Shown here piece after piece: positions 33,918-42,871 of a stretch of DNA of 64,000 bases. The DNA comes from Dehalococcoidia bacterium (GTDB taxonomy: Bacteria > Chloroflexota > Dehalococcoidia > Lucifugimonadales > UBA3495). The position numbers and the translations under genes are program-made. The number at the start of each line of letters is the position of its first letter. Within the stretch, counting starts at the first letter, position 1. Under the pieces are notes generated by a model that saw nothing but the letters and a program-made list of their open reading frames with translations, ran no database searches and had not been told where the DNA came from. The stretch lies in NCBI GenBank assembly GCA_965115955.1, contig OZ220473.1:1301463-1365462 (forward strand). The letters are read 5' to 3'.

Positions 33918-36165
33918 TCGCCCAGGCGCCGGTCAGTTCGGATACCGCCAATTCTATGCCGTTCCCGGTGTCTGCCCCGGCCGCATCATAACTGTCGAGC
34001 TGCAATGCGTCTCCGCCGGTGAATCCTATGACTGAAACCGGGGAGCCGTTGGCGCGGGCCAGGTCCTCCAGCAGGCTTATCCGTTCCTGCTCCACCGAAA
34101 CGATGATGCGGGACTGCGCCTCACCGAACAGCGCGGCGTCCCAGCGGGGCAAGGATTCCAGCGCCCCCCGGAACCGGAAGCCCACCCCGCCCAGGATGCA
34201 GCATTCAGCCAGAGCGACGGCCAGCCCGCCGTCGGAGCAATCGTGAGCGGAGCGCACGATTCTCTGGGCGATTCCCTCCCGGCAGGTTTTCTGCACCCGC
34301 CGCTCCAGCTCCAGGTCAATGCTGGGCTGGCCTGCGGTTATCCCGTGAATCACGTCCAGGTACTCGCTGCCTGCCATATCGCGGCAGGAGGCCGCGTCGA
34401 GGCCGGGTCCCAGCAGCATCACGGCCAGCCCTTTCTCCGGAAATCCTGCGCCTGCGGCCTTTGTGGCGTCGTCCAGCAGGCCCAGGGCGCCGACCACCGG
34501 CGTGGGGTGGACGGCCTGCCCCCGCGTTTCATTGAACAGGCTGACATTGCCGCTGACCACTGGGGCGTCCAGCTTCTCGCTGGCCAGGGCCATGCCCCGG
34601 ATGCACTCTTCCAGTTGATAATAAATTTCGGGCCGCAGGGGGTTGCCGAAGTTCAGGCAGTCGGTCAGGGCCAGGGGGCGGGCGCCGGTGCAGCTTATAT
34701 TACGGCACGCCTCGGCCACGGCTATCTGCCCGCCTGCGAAGGGGTCGAGGAAGCATAGCCGCCCGTTGCCGTCGACAGCTACGGCGACAGCCTTGCGAGT
34801 GCCCTTTATTCGCAGCACCGCCGCGTCGCTGTCGCCCGGCCCGGCGACGGTGTTGGTCTGCACCTGGTGGTCGTACTGACGATAGACGGGGCGCTTGCTG
34901 GCGATGTTGGGCGACTTAAGGAGCCGCAGCAGAGTCTGAGCCGGGCCGCATTCGGGCAGCGGCAGTCCGGAAAGCGGCATTTCCCGACGAGCCGAGTCCT
35001 CATCCGACGGCTTGCCCTCCAGCCGGTAGGCCGGGGCCTCCGACAGGGGGCGGATGGGCAGCCGGGCCACCGGCTCCGGGCCGTTGAACACCTGCGCTTC
35101 CGGCTCGGCGATTACGCTGCCGATTTCCCGGCAGTCCACGTCCCACCGCTCGAAGACCGCCTGCACTTCGCCGACCCGTTCCGGAAGGGCCGCCAGCAGC
35201 ATCCGCTCCTGCGACTCCGACAGCATCACCTCATAGGCGTTCATGCCGGCCTCGCGGCGGTGGACCTGCGCCAGGTCCAGCCGAATGCCTCGCCCGGCCC
35301 GCGCCGCCGATTCTATGGAGGCGCTGGTGAGCCCGGCGGCGCCCAGGTCCTGAACGGCCAGCACCGCGCCGGTGTCGAGGGCCTCAAGGCAGGCCTCGAT
35401 AAGCGACTTTTCTAGGAAGGGGTTGCCCACTTGCACGGTGGGACGCAGTTCGGCTTCCTCCCCACGGGAATCGGAAGGGAAGGCGCGGGAGGCCAGCCCG
35501 GAGGCGCCGTGAATGCCGTCGCGCCCGGTGTCTGATCCCGCCAGCAGCAGCACGCTGCCTGGAACCCGGGCTGCCGCCGATGCCAGACGGTCTTTGCTGA
35601 TGAGGCCGATGCACATGGCGTTGACCAATGGGTTGCGGGAATAGGAAGGGTGGAAGTAAATTTCGCCGCCCACGTCGGGAACGCCGATGCAGTTGCCGTA
35701 CCACGATATGCCGCGCACCACGCCGCTGAACAGATGCCGGTTGACCCCGCCCTGTTCCGGGTCGTTCAGCGGGCCGAAGCGCAGGGAATTGAGCAGGGCG
35801 ATGGGCCGGGCTCCCATGGCCAGTATGTCGCGCACGATGCCGCCGACGCCGGTGGCCGCTCCCTGGAACGGCTCTACCGCCGATGGGTGGTTGTGGGATT
35901 CCACCTTGAACACCACGGCCAGCCCGTCGCCGATGTCCACTGCGCCGGCGTTCTCGGCTCCGGCCTCCGACAGCACCGCCGGGGAGGTGTGGCTGAACAT
36001 CCGCAGCAGGGGCCGCGAGTGCTTATAGCCGCAATGCTCGCTCCACAGGGCGCCGAACATACCCAGTTCCACGGCGTTGGGCTCGCGGCCCAGCCGTTCC
36101 ACTATAAGGTCGTATTCCGCGCGGGTAAGGGCTATCTCGTCCAGAACTTCCTGGCTGACGGGCAT
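33892..36165 (-). CDS. purL: Phosphoribosylformylglycinamidine synthase subunit PurL
   Basis: 'LGMFGALWSEHCGYKHS...VESHNHPSAVEPFQGAATGVGGIVRD'. ATG chosen at 36165 after GGTGAG. Confidence 0.9.
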   Translation of the reverse strand: MPVSQEVLDEIALTRAEYDLIVERLGREPNAVELGMFGALWSEHCGYKHSRPLLRMFSHTSPAVLSEAGAENAGAVDIGDGLAVVFKVESHNHPSAVEPFQGAATGVGGIVRDILAMGARPIALLNSLRFGPLNDPEQGGVNRHLFSGVVRGISWYGNCIGVPDVGGEIYFHPSYSRNPLVNAMCIGLISKDRLASAAARVPGSVLLLAGSDTGRDGIHGASGLASRAFPSDSRGEEAELRPTVQVGNPFLEKSLIEACLEALDTGAVLAVQDLGAAGLTSASIESAARAGRGIRLDLAQVHRREAGMNAYEVMLSESQERMLLAALPERVGEVQAVFERWDVDCREIGSVIAEPEAQVFNGPEPVARLPIRPLSEAPAYRLEGKPSDEDSARREMPLSGLPLPECGPAQTLLRLLKSPNIASKRPVYRQYDHQVQTNTVAGPGDSDAAVLRIKGTRKAVAVAVDGNGRLCFLDPFAGGQIAVAEACRNISCTGARPLALTDCLNFGNPLRPEIYYQLEECIRGMALASEKLDAPVVSGNVSLFNETRGQAVHPTPVVGALGLLDDATKAAGAGFPEKGLAVMLLGPGLDAASCRDMAGSEYLDVIHGITAGQPSIDLELERRVQKTCREGIAQRIVRSAHDCSDGGLAVALAECCILGGVGFRFRGALESLPRWDAALFGEAQSRIIVSVEQERISLLEDLARANGSPVSVIGFTGGDALQLDSYDAAGADTGNGIELAVSELTGAWANALEDACG

Positions 36166-36286
36166 TGTCTCACCGCCGGGCGTGTTCACCGCCGGAGCAG
36201 AGTCCGGACATGCGACAATACTACCACCTGGCCTTGCCGTGGGGGAATGCCGTAGGGTAATGCCGTGGAGTAATGCGAGGAAGCGT

Positions 36287-36352
36287 TCCGCCCGGGAATC
36301 AGGATGGCGGCGGAGCGGGTCCGCCCGGGAATCAGGATGGCGGCGGAGCGGG
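36287..36352. repeat. Perfect 33-nt tandem duplication spanning the recF stop codon
   Basis: TCCGCCCGGGAATCAGGATGGCGGCGGAGCGGG at 36287-36319 and 36320-36352. Confidence 0.9.
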
Positions 36353-37534
36353 AGTCACCTGACCGCCGCCAACCCGGAAGTAGGACGCCCCGGCGCCGAA
36401 GAAGCCGGATACCTGCTCCGGGTCGGTGGTGGTGATGAGCACCTGGGGATAGCCCGACGCCTTTTCCAGCACCCGCCGCCGCCGCCGGGAGTCCATCTCT
36501 GAAAGGGCGTCGTCCAGCAGCAGCAGGGGGCCGGCGCTCCGCGCCGCCGACAGCGTTTCAGCCTCGGCCAGGCGGAGGGCAAGGGCCAGCGTGCGCGCCT
36601 GGCCTCGAGAGGCGAAAGCGCCCATATTGGCGCCGTTGACCAGGATGGCGAAATCGTCGCGGTGCGGCCCGGCGGCGGTGGCTGCGGTGGCGCGTTCGCG
36701 GAATCCGGCGGCGAGCAGCGCGTCGCGGAAATTGGCCGCTGTTCCTTCGATGCTGTCTGCCGCGGGAACGCTGGGCCGGTATTCCAGCTTCAGCGCCTCG
36801 GCCGGGCCCCGTGTCGATAAGGGGACGAGGTCGCGGTGATGGCGTATGCAGGCTGGGGCCAGGGCATCCATCACCTTGCGCCGCTGCAGGGTAAGCCATG
36901 CCCCTTCCTTGACCAGCTCTCCGTCCCAGAACTCCATTTCATCGGGCGCGGCCCGTCCCTCGCGCCGGAGCCGCAGAAGGCGATTGCGCTGCCGCAGCAC
37001 CTGCTGGTAGCGCTGAAGCGTCCGAAGGTATGCCGGGTCGGCCTGGGATATCAGGATGTCGAGGAAGCGGCGGCGGGCCGAGGGCGGCCCCTGAACCAGG
37101 TCAATATCGAGGGCGCTGAACAGAACGGCGTGAACAAGGCCCACAAGCTCGCCTGCGGTTCGCCGGATGCGGTTGACGCGAATGTTTTTGTGTACCCGGT
37201 ATCCGGGCCCGGCGGACGCGCCGGAGGCGGAGACCCGGTAGCCGACGATTATCCGCTGGCGTCCCCTTCCCCCGTTAAACGCGGGGTTGTCGGCTTCGTC
37301 CACCAGCCCTTCGACCAGCGTCAGCTCTCCGTTTGCGGCAGAGTCGAAGTTCGCCAGTTCGCGCTCGTTCTCGGCCCGGAAAGAGCGGGCGATAGCCAGG
37401 ATGTATACTGCCTCGACCAGCGCCGTTTTACCCTGGGCATTCTCGCCGAAGTAGACCGAAACGCCTGCCGGCACCTCCAGGTCCACCTCGACCAGGTTGC
37501 GGAAGTTGCTCAGTCGCAGGCGGGAGAGACGCAC
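36332..37534 (-). CDS. recF: DNA replication and repair protein RecF
   Basis: 'LRLSNFRNL...FGENAQGKTALVEAV' Walker A, and 'LLLLDDALSEMD' Walker B/D-loop. Confidence 0.9.
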   Translation of the reverse strand: MRLSRLRLSNFRNLVEVDLEVPAGVSVYFGENAQGKTALVEAVYILAIARSFRAENERELANFDSAANGELTLVEGLVDEADNPAFNGGRGRQRIIVGYRVSASGASAGPGYRVHKNIRVNRIRRTAGELVGLVHAVLFSALDIDLVQGPPSARRRFLDILISQADPAYLRTLQRYQQVLRQRNRLLRLRREGRAAPDEMEFWDGELVKEGAWLTLQRRKVMDALAPACIRHHRDLVPLSTRGPAEALKLEYRPSVPAADSIEGTAANFRDALLAAGFRERATAATAAGPHRDDFAILVNGANMGAFASRGQARTLALALRLAEAETLSAARSAGPLLLLDDALSEMDSRRRRRVLEKASGYPQVLITTTDPEQVSGFFGAGASYFRVGGGQVTPAPPPS

Positions 37535-37699
37535 CTACACTTCCAGAAGCCGCAGCTTGAATATGGCCGCGCCGGGATGGAGAGCTATGGCGGGCGGGCG
37601 GGAGTTCAGCCTCCGTATTCCGCTCTGCCCCGTTCGCATAACTACGCGGTATGTTCTCCCGGGCGGTACGTTTCCCCGGCTGTTCCGCCGGAAATAACG

Positions 37700-38515
37700 C
37701 TACCCGTCTTGCAGGCGGCGGATCTCTGCCTCCAGCTCGGCCGCCTGCCCCGTTTCGCCGGCGGAGAGACGGAAGCAGCGGTCAAGGTACAGCTTGGCAA
37801 GATCGGAGCTTCGCTCGGAGGTGTCCTGGGCAACGGCCAGCAGATTGGCGACCTGGAACTCCTCGGGCAGGTGGCGGGCCAGAGCCTTTATTTCCTCGCC
37901 CGCCTCGGCGGCGGCGGCGCGGTCGGCGCCCTCGACGGCGAAGCGCAGCCGCCCCAGCAGACGCGACAGCTCGCTCAGCTTGTCGCTCTCGCTCATAAAG
38001 CTGAACAGCACCTCGTTAACGTTGAACGACGCATCAAGCTCCTCTTCCGGCTCTCCGGAAGGAGGAAGACTCCCGGTCTCGGCTGGGGCAGCCTCGTCTC
38101 CGGCCCCTTCGTTTAACCCGGCGACGGCTGCGCTCTTGCCGGACGCGGCATACAGCTCGGCGTAGCTGGACACCGCCTCGGTTACCGACTCCATCATTCG
38201 GGGCAGGTCGTAAGAGAACATACTGCCCGCGTACACCAGGTCGTCGCCCCGCTGACGGCTCAGACGCTCCAGCTCGCCCAGCCCGTCCACAGGCTCCGGC
38301 ACGGGCGGCATGGCGAAAGACGACAGGTCGTTCAGGGGCAGAGCGCCCAGGTGCGAGGCCAGGAAAGGCGGCAGGAACTTGGTCAGGTCGGACTTGATGG
38401 GCAGGGTTACCACGTAGCTGGCGTAGACCTTGTCCGGCTCTGTGTCTACCCTGAAATACACCAGCGCGTGCCCTGTCGGGTTGTCGTGGGCTCCGCGGTC
38501 GAATTGAAGGTCCAT
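37700..38515 (-). CDS. Hypothetical protein
   Basis: 271-aa ORF with good coding appearance, an acidic central linker and a helical C-terminus. No motif recognised. Confidence 0.5.
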   Translation of the reverse strand: MDLQFDRGAHDNPTGHALVYFRVDTEPDKVYASYVVTLPIKSDLTKFLPPFLASHLGALPLNDLSSFAMPPVPEPVDGLGELERLSRQRGDDLVYAGSMFSYDLPRMMESVTEAVSSYAELYAASGKSAAVAGLNEGAGDEAAPAETGSLPPSGEPEEELDASFNVNEVLFSFMSESDKLSELSRLLGRLRFAVEGADRAAAAEAGEEIKALARHLPEEFQVANLLAVAQDTSERSSDLAKLYLDRCFRLSAGETGQAAELEAEIRRLQDG

Positions 38516-38762
38516 GCTCGCTGCACCTGTACTGGCGTTATGCCGCCGAATTTCCAGCCATGGAATACGCTTCCCCAGTCTGATACGCTTCTCCGTCTAG
38601 GTCAAATTATAGCATCGACCCTGCTATAGCGTCGGCCTGGCCCTGCGGCGGGCGTCAGGCGGCCCCTCGTTGACGCCGCGGGCCAAAATTGAGTATGGTA
38701 CAGCCATCCACCAGGCTGCGCCGGCGAGCTGCGCCGGCTGGCTGTTTGCCAGGGAGCGGGGC

Positions 38763-39188
38763 ATGGCAGATTCCGAAATAAAGGTCTTCGACTACGACAA
38801 GGTAGAAATCGGAGAGGAACTGGGCGCATACGAATACACCCTGACCCAGGAAATGCTGGACAACTTCCGGGCGTCCGTCGGCGACCCCGGCGCGGTGTTC
38901 CCGACCCTGGCAGTGAAGCACGACGCCACCGCCTTCGCGATGGTGTACGAGGACAACACAGGCGGCGTCAACGCGGGCAACGAGGTGGAGTTCTTCAACC
39001 CGCCCGTCCCGGGCAGGAAGATACGGGTTACCGGGCGCATCGCCGACAAGTATATGCGCCGCGACAAGCCCTACATGGTCATCGAAGCCACCGCCGTCGA
39101 CGAAGACGGGCGGCTTCTGGAGAAGCTCCGCACCTACCAGATGAAAAAGCCGGACGAGGTGGGCAGGAAATGGCATCCACAGGCATAG
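38763..39188 (+). CDS. Hotdog-fold protein (MaoC N-terminal/FAS1-like dehydratase)
   Basis: ATG at 38763. Pattern 'LTQEMLDNFRASVGDP...GRKIRVTGRI'. Followed by an overlapping MaoC partner. Confidence 0.6.
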   Translation: MADSEIKVFDYDKVEIGEELGAYEYTLTQEMLDNFRASVGDPGAVFPTLAVKHDATAFAMVYEDNTGGVNAGNEVEFFNPPVPGRKIRVTGRIADKYMRRDKPYMVIEATAVDEDGRLLEKLRTYQMKKPDEVGRKWHPQA

Positions 39189-39592
39189 AAAACGGCCAGC
39201 GAATTCCATCGGTGGTCAAGGCTGTTACGCAGGAAACTATCAATCGGTTCGAGGACTGCGGAATACTGGACCGGCAGAACATCCACAACAACCCCGAGCT
39301 GGCCCGGCAGCGCCTCGGCGCCCCCTATCCCATCGCCTCGGGCCGTATGTCTGTCGCCTTCGCCGCCGAGAGTCTGCGCCGTTTCTTCGGGCCGGCGGTC
39401 TTCAACCACACTGGCAGCGTCAACCTCAAATTCCTGCGCCCGGTCAAGGGCGGCGACACCATCACCGTGACCGGCGAGGTATCGGGGCAGGAGCAGGCCG
39501 ACGACGGCGTTCACGTAACCGTCAGCCTGTTCTGCGAGAACCAGAACGGCGACCGCACGGCGGTGGGCATAGGAACGGCGGTGGTGAAATAA
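39170..39592 (+). CDS. MaoC-like dehydratase hotdog protein
   Basis: 'NIHNNPELARQ...PIASGRMS...LKFLRPVKGGDTITVTGEV'. Confidence 0.7.
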   Translation: MASTGIENGQRIPSVVKAVTQETINRFEDCGILDRQNIHNNPELARQRLGAPYPIASGRMSVAFAAESLRRFFGPAVFNHTGSVNLKFLRPVKGGDTITVTGEVSGQEQADDGVHVTVSLFCENQNGDRTAVGIGTAVVK

Positions 39593-39750
39593 CACCCTGT
39601 CCCCATAATGACCGCCGGAATTCCTTTCCCTTCGGGACGATGAGGAGAGGGAGATGAGCAGGCTGTGTCAGCTCCGGCAAGAAGCCGGAAATCCCGCGGC
39701 GGCGCATTAGAGAGTCAGCGTTGCCCATTCAGAAACGAGAGAAGAGAAAT

Positions 39751-40035
39751 ATGCCAAATTCCGAGCACGGCAAGGTTGAAGCGGAAATCGTCTACTGCGT
39801 AGCTTGAGGTTACTTCCCGGTCGCCACGTGGCTGGCGATGGAGTTCTTCAAGTCCGACGCTCCGGGAGATGTCGCCATCAAGATGACCCCCTCCGACAGG
39901 GGGCGCCTTGAGGTTTACCTGGACGGCGAAATGATATTCGACCGCAAGGCGGACGGCGGATTCCCCGACCTCGGCAAGGTCAACGAGCTCAAGATGACCA
40001 TCGCCGAAAAGCTGTTCGATCTCGAAGAAGCCTGA
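39751..40035 (+). CDS. SelW/SelT/Rdx-family selenoprotein with a CxxU motif (UGA at 39805-39807)
   Basis: Reading from ATG 39751 gives 'MPNSEHGKVEAEIVYCVA[TGA]GYFPVATWLAMEFFK...'. This joins in frame to the tracked 65-aa ORF (39838-40035). The Rdx-family 'IxYCxxU/C' redox motif sits at the expected N-terminal position. Confidence 0.75.
39820..39839 (+). promoter_or_regulatory. SECIS-like hairpin downstream of the SelW-like UGA
   Basis: (G)TCGCCA (39820-39826) pairs with TGGCGA(T) (39833-39839). The loop is CGUGGC. The loop starts 19 nt after the UGA. Confidence 0.5.
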
Positions 40036-40128
40036 GAACCGTCCTTTTGGCCGCGACGGGTTCACGCCATGTTTCATGCGCCGTGACGAGTTCATGCCTG
40101 GTATGGCCACAGTACGCTGAATCATCTG

Positions 40129-40167
40129 AAAGGGAACCCTGCCGCTATTACGGGCAGGGTTCCCTTT
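40129..40167. terminator. Bidirectional intrinsic terminator
   Basis: Perfect 15-bp stem AAAGGGAACCCTGCC / GGCAGGGTTCCCTTT with a 9-nt loop. The A- and T-tracts are part of the stem ends. Confidence 0.7.
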
Positions 40168-40314
40168 GGCGCAGCGGCGGGAAACAAGCCGGCGGCCATT
40201 GCGTTGGGTTATGGATATGTGTCGTTCCTCCATCTTACGGCCATTGCCGCGCTGATGGTGTTCCGGAATGACGCGGGTAATCGCAATTATCGCGGGTATC
40301 GCGAGATGGATATG

Positions 40315-40352
40315 ATCAGGTTCCCGGCGCCGCATGGCGCCGGGAGCCTGAT
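40315..40352. terminator. Long hairpin downstream of the FN3 protein gene (no U-tract)
   Basis: 17-bp stem (one G-U pair) ATCAGGTTCCCGGCGCC / GGCGCCGGGAGCCTGAT with loop GCAT. Confidence 0.4.
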
Positions 40353-40391
40353 GTTGCCGGTCGGGTGTAAATGTCCTAACTAAGCAGGCTG

Positions 40392-41330
40392 TTACCCGCC
40401 CTCGCCGCCGGGTTGGGTCCAAATCACTCTCCGGAATTTCGACCAATTGTTGCACTCGTCGGAACGAGAAAACACCAGCACTGCATACTCGGTTCCCGGA
40501 ACCAGGCCGCTGAGGCTTACCGTCTTATTGCTCGTATTGGTGAAGTCAATGACCACGGTTAGGTCCTTCACCTTGACGCCGGGATCCCATAGCACCACCT
40601 TGTAGCGATATTGCTGTGGGTTTGCCGGAGAGCACCGACGCTCTTTATTGCCAGCCCAGGACCTGGTCCAGGACACCGTGGCGGTCGTCCCCTCCGCCGG
40701 GGTTACTGTCAGATGGCGCACTTTCAAGGGCCTGTTCTTCTTTGGCATCGGGGTGTTGGCAGGCACGGGCGTTGACTCACCACCCTGGCCTGAATTTCCT
40801 TCCGTAGGCTCCGGCGTAGTCGGCTCCGGAGTAGAGCCGCTCGTCCCCGCCTTATAGACGTTGGACCATGGACCGGCGCCGGCCGGGTTGACAGCCCGGA
40901 TGCGAAAGTCGTGCTCCACCCCGGGCGGCAGAGCCCCGCGCGACAGACCCGAAGTGTACATATAAGCGAAAGCTATTGTTAGGGGCCCCACCTCTACGAT
41001 CCGTGATGGCAGCCATTCCGAACCTTTGCTCGGACGGCTCTGTATCTCCTGTCCAGTGATTGAATCGTCGTCAACACCTTGCCATCTCAAAACCAGGCTC
41101 TGGTTCGAGACCCAGTGGGTTATTATCACAGGAGCCTCAGTAGGGGGAGATGAAGCAGGCGTCGGCGGCACCTCCGTCTGACTGTTCTGCGGGGTAGGCG
41201 TGCTGCCTTGAGCCTGGGCAGCCGATGCGGTTACTGCCATTACGGCGGCAGCCAGCAAGGCCGCGGCCGTGATTATGGCCCAGTTGATAACGCCTCCTCG
41301 CCGAGACAAGCGTCTGAATACTTCAGTCAT
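40392..41330 (-). CDS. Secreted or membrane-anchored protein with two fibronectin type III-like domains
   Basis: RBS GGAGGAGGAG precedes ATG 41330. Signal/anchor segment 'INWAIITAAALLAAAVMAVTASAAQA'. FN3-like 'FRIRAVNPAGAGPWS' and 'LVPGTEYAVLVFS'. Confidence 0.7.
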   Translation of the reverse strand: MTEVFRRLSRRGGVINWAIITAAALLAAAVMAVTASAAQAQGSTPTPQNSQTEVPPTPASSPPTEAPVIITHWVSNQSLVLRWQGVDDDSITGQEIQSRPSKGSEWLPSRIVEVGPLTIAFAYMYTSGLSRGALPPGVEHDFRIRAVNPAGAGPWSNVYKAGTSGSTPEPTTPEPTEGNSGQGGESTPVPANTPMPKKNRPLKVRHLTVTPAEGTTATVSWTRSWAGNKERRCSPANPQQYRYKVVLWDPGVKVKDLTVVIDFTNTSNKTVSLSGLVPGTEYAVLVFSRSDECNNWSKFRRVIWTQPGGEGG

Positions 41331-41841
41331 ATCCGTAACTCCTCCTCCTTTTTCAAGCACACATCCGCCCCGTTTGCGGAAATCGCCGGATGACAGGCAG
41401 TCAGTAGCGTCTACCTTCCCGGGCGATAGTTCCTGTGGATACTATCGCCTGTTGCTGTTGCGTGTCAATACACGGAGCCCGGGCGGCAGCATCGCGCTAA
41501 AAGCATCATTGAGAAGGCGCCTGAATATTTTTCCGGGACACCGCGCGCACTTGCGTCGCTTGCGGATCAGCCAGCCCTCCGTTCAGACCCGATTAGACCA
41601 GGCGTTGAGCTTTTAGACCTGGCGCCGCCGCAGCCCCGAGTCAAGGGGGGCGGCTGTTGATTTCCCCGAATTTTGAGTTACACTGTCGGCGCAAGCCTCT
41701 GCCATACATGGCGGCGTGATTAGCTGCTGCCGCCGGCGCGTCACACAGATCGAGGCTCATGCTCTCCGGCTGCTGTCGGTCCGGCAGGGTGCACTGCTTT
41801 CGCTTTGCGGTTTCTGGCCCTGCCGCCTGCCCTGAAGCGCA

Positions 41842-42627
41842 GTGGAGCCGCCTTTGGTCGCTGGAGCCAGGGCAGAGCCGCCCATAAACACAACGCCAGT
41901 GGAGTTGAGCCCGACGTTGCATCCGCAATATAACTCCGAAGCTGTCGCCCGATGGCGCGCCGCCAACCCGGACGCCATACTGGACCTGAGCGACGCCGAC
42001 CTTGCCGGCGCAGACCTGCGGGGAGCCGATCTTTCGGGCGCTAGCCTTCTTCGCGCCCGGCTTGCCGACGCCGACCTATCCGGAGCGAACCTGTCGGACG
42101 CCCGGCTGGGGCGCGCCAGCCTGCCTGGAGCCAACCTGTCGGGGGCTGTCCTGGAGAAGGCTGACCTGGGCCGCGCCTCTCTGACAGGGGCGAACCTTAC
42201 CTCGGCCAACCTGACCGGCGTCAACCTGTTCTGGGCCGACCTGAAGGGCGCCAACCTCGAAGGCGCCGTGCTGCGGCGCTGCCGCATGAACCGGGTCTCG
42301 CTTATCGGCGCCTCCCTGCGTCGCGCCGACTTCAGCCAGTCCAACATGATCGAGGCCGACCTGCGCAACGCCGACCTGACGGACGCCCTGTTCGTTTCCG
42401 CCAACATGAACGGCGCCGACCTGTCGCGGTGCAGCATGAGCGGGGCCGACTTCACCCGCGCGATGATCCGCGACTCGATGTGGATCGCCGCCAACATGAC
42501 CGGGGCCAACTTCGACCAGGCCAGCCTCCACCGCTCCGATTTCACCCTGGCCAGGTGGGACGACACAACCCGCTTCCCCAGAGGCTTTGACCCCAACAAC
42601 GTCGAGTTTCTCGACGTGGGGGTGTAA
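41842..42627 (+). CDS. Pentapeptide repeat protein
   Basis: Continuous A(D/N)LxG pentads: 'ADLAGADLRGADLSGASLLRARLADADLSGANLSDARL...'. Confidence 0.85.
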   Translation: MEPPLVAGARAEPPINTTPVELSPTLHPQYNSEAVARWRAANPDAILDLSDADLAGADLRGADLSGASLLRARLADADLSGANLSDARLGRASLPGANLSGAVLEKADLGRASLTGANLTSANLTGVNLFWADLKGANLEGAVLRRCRMNRVSLIGASLRRADFSQSNMIEADLRNADLTDALFVSANMNGADLSRCSMSGADFTRAMIRDSMWIAANMTGANFDQASLHRSDFTLARWDDTTRFPRGFDPNNVEFLDVGV

Positions 42628-42661
42628 GGAAGAGCGGGGACAGGTTCCCAAAGGATTAAAG

Positions 42662-42749
42662 GGGCTTCTCTATGCCTGGTAGAAGGCCTTACGACCAGAG
42701 TTTTAATGCGGCGCACACACTGGGCTTCTCTATGCCTGGTAGAAGGCCT
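42662..42749. repeat. Two identical 28-nt repeats separated by a 32-nt spacer (CRISPR-like geometry)
   Basis: GGGCTTCTCTATGCCTGGTAGAAGGCCT at 42662-42689 and 42722-42749. Internal imperfect palindrome CTTCT..AGAAG. Lies downstream of the pentapeptide gene. Confidence 0.8.
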
Positions 42750-42871
42750 GGTAGAAAGCCGATCTACGCCGGGAATTCCGGTTCAAGGGCTGGATTCAAT
42801 GCCTGATTGTTCAGCTTGGGGACTGATGAGTATAATTCGTTGGTCCCCCGAAGCCAGGATTCGACTGTAAA

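Noticed and set aside
41842-42627. Pentapeptide repeat protein as a Qnr/MfpA-type quinolone-resistance determinant.
   Set aside because: Pentapeptide repeats alone are not diagnostic. The protein has no recognisable Qnr loop structure or length that I can judge by eye, and no resistance context.
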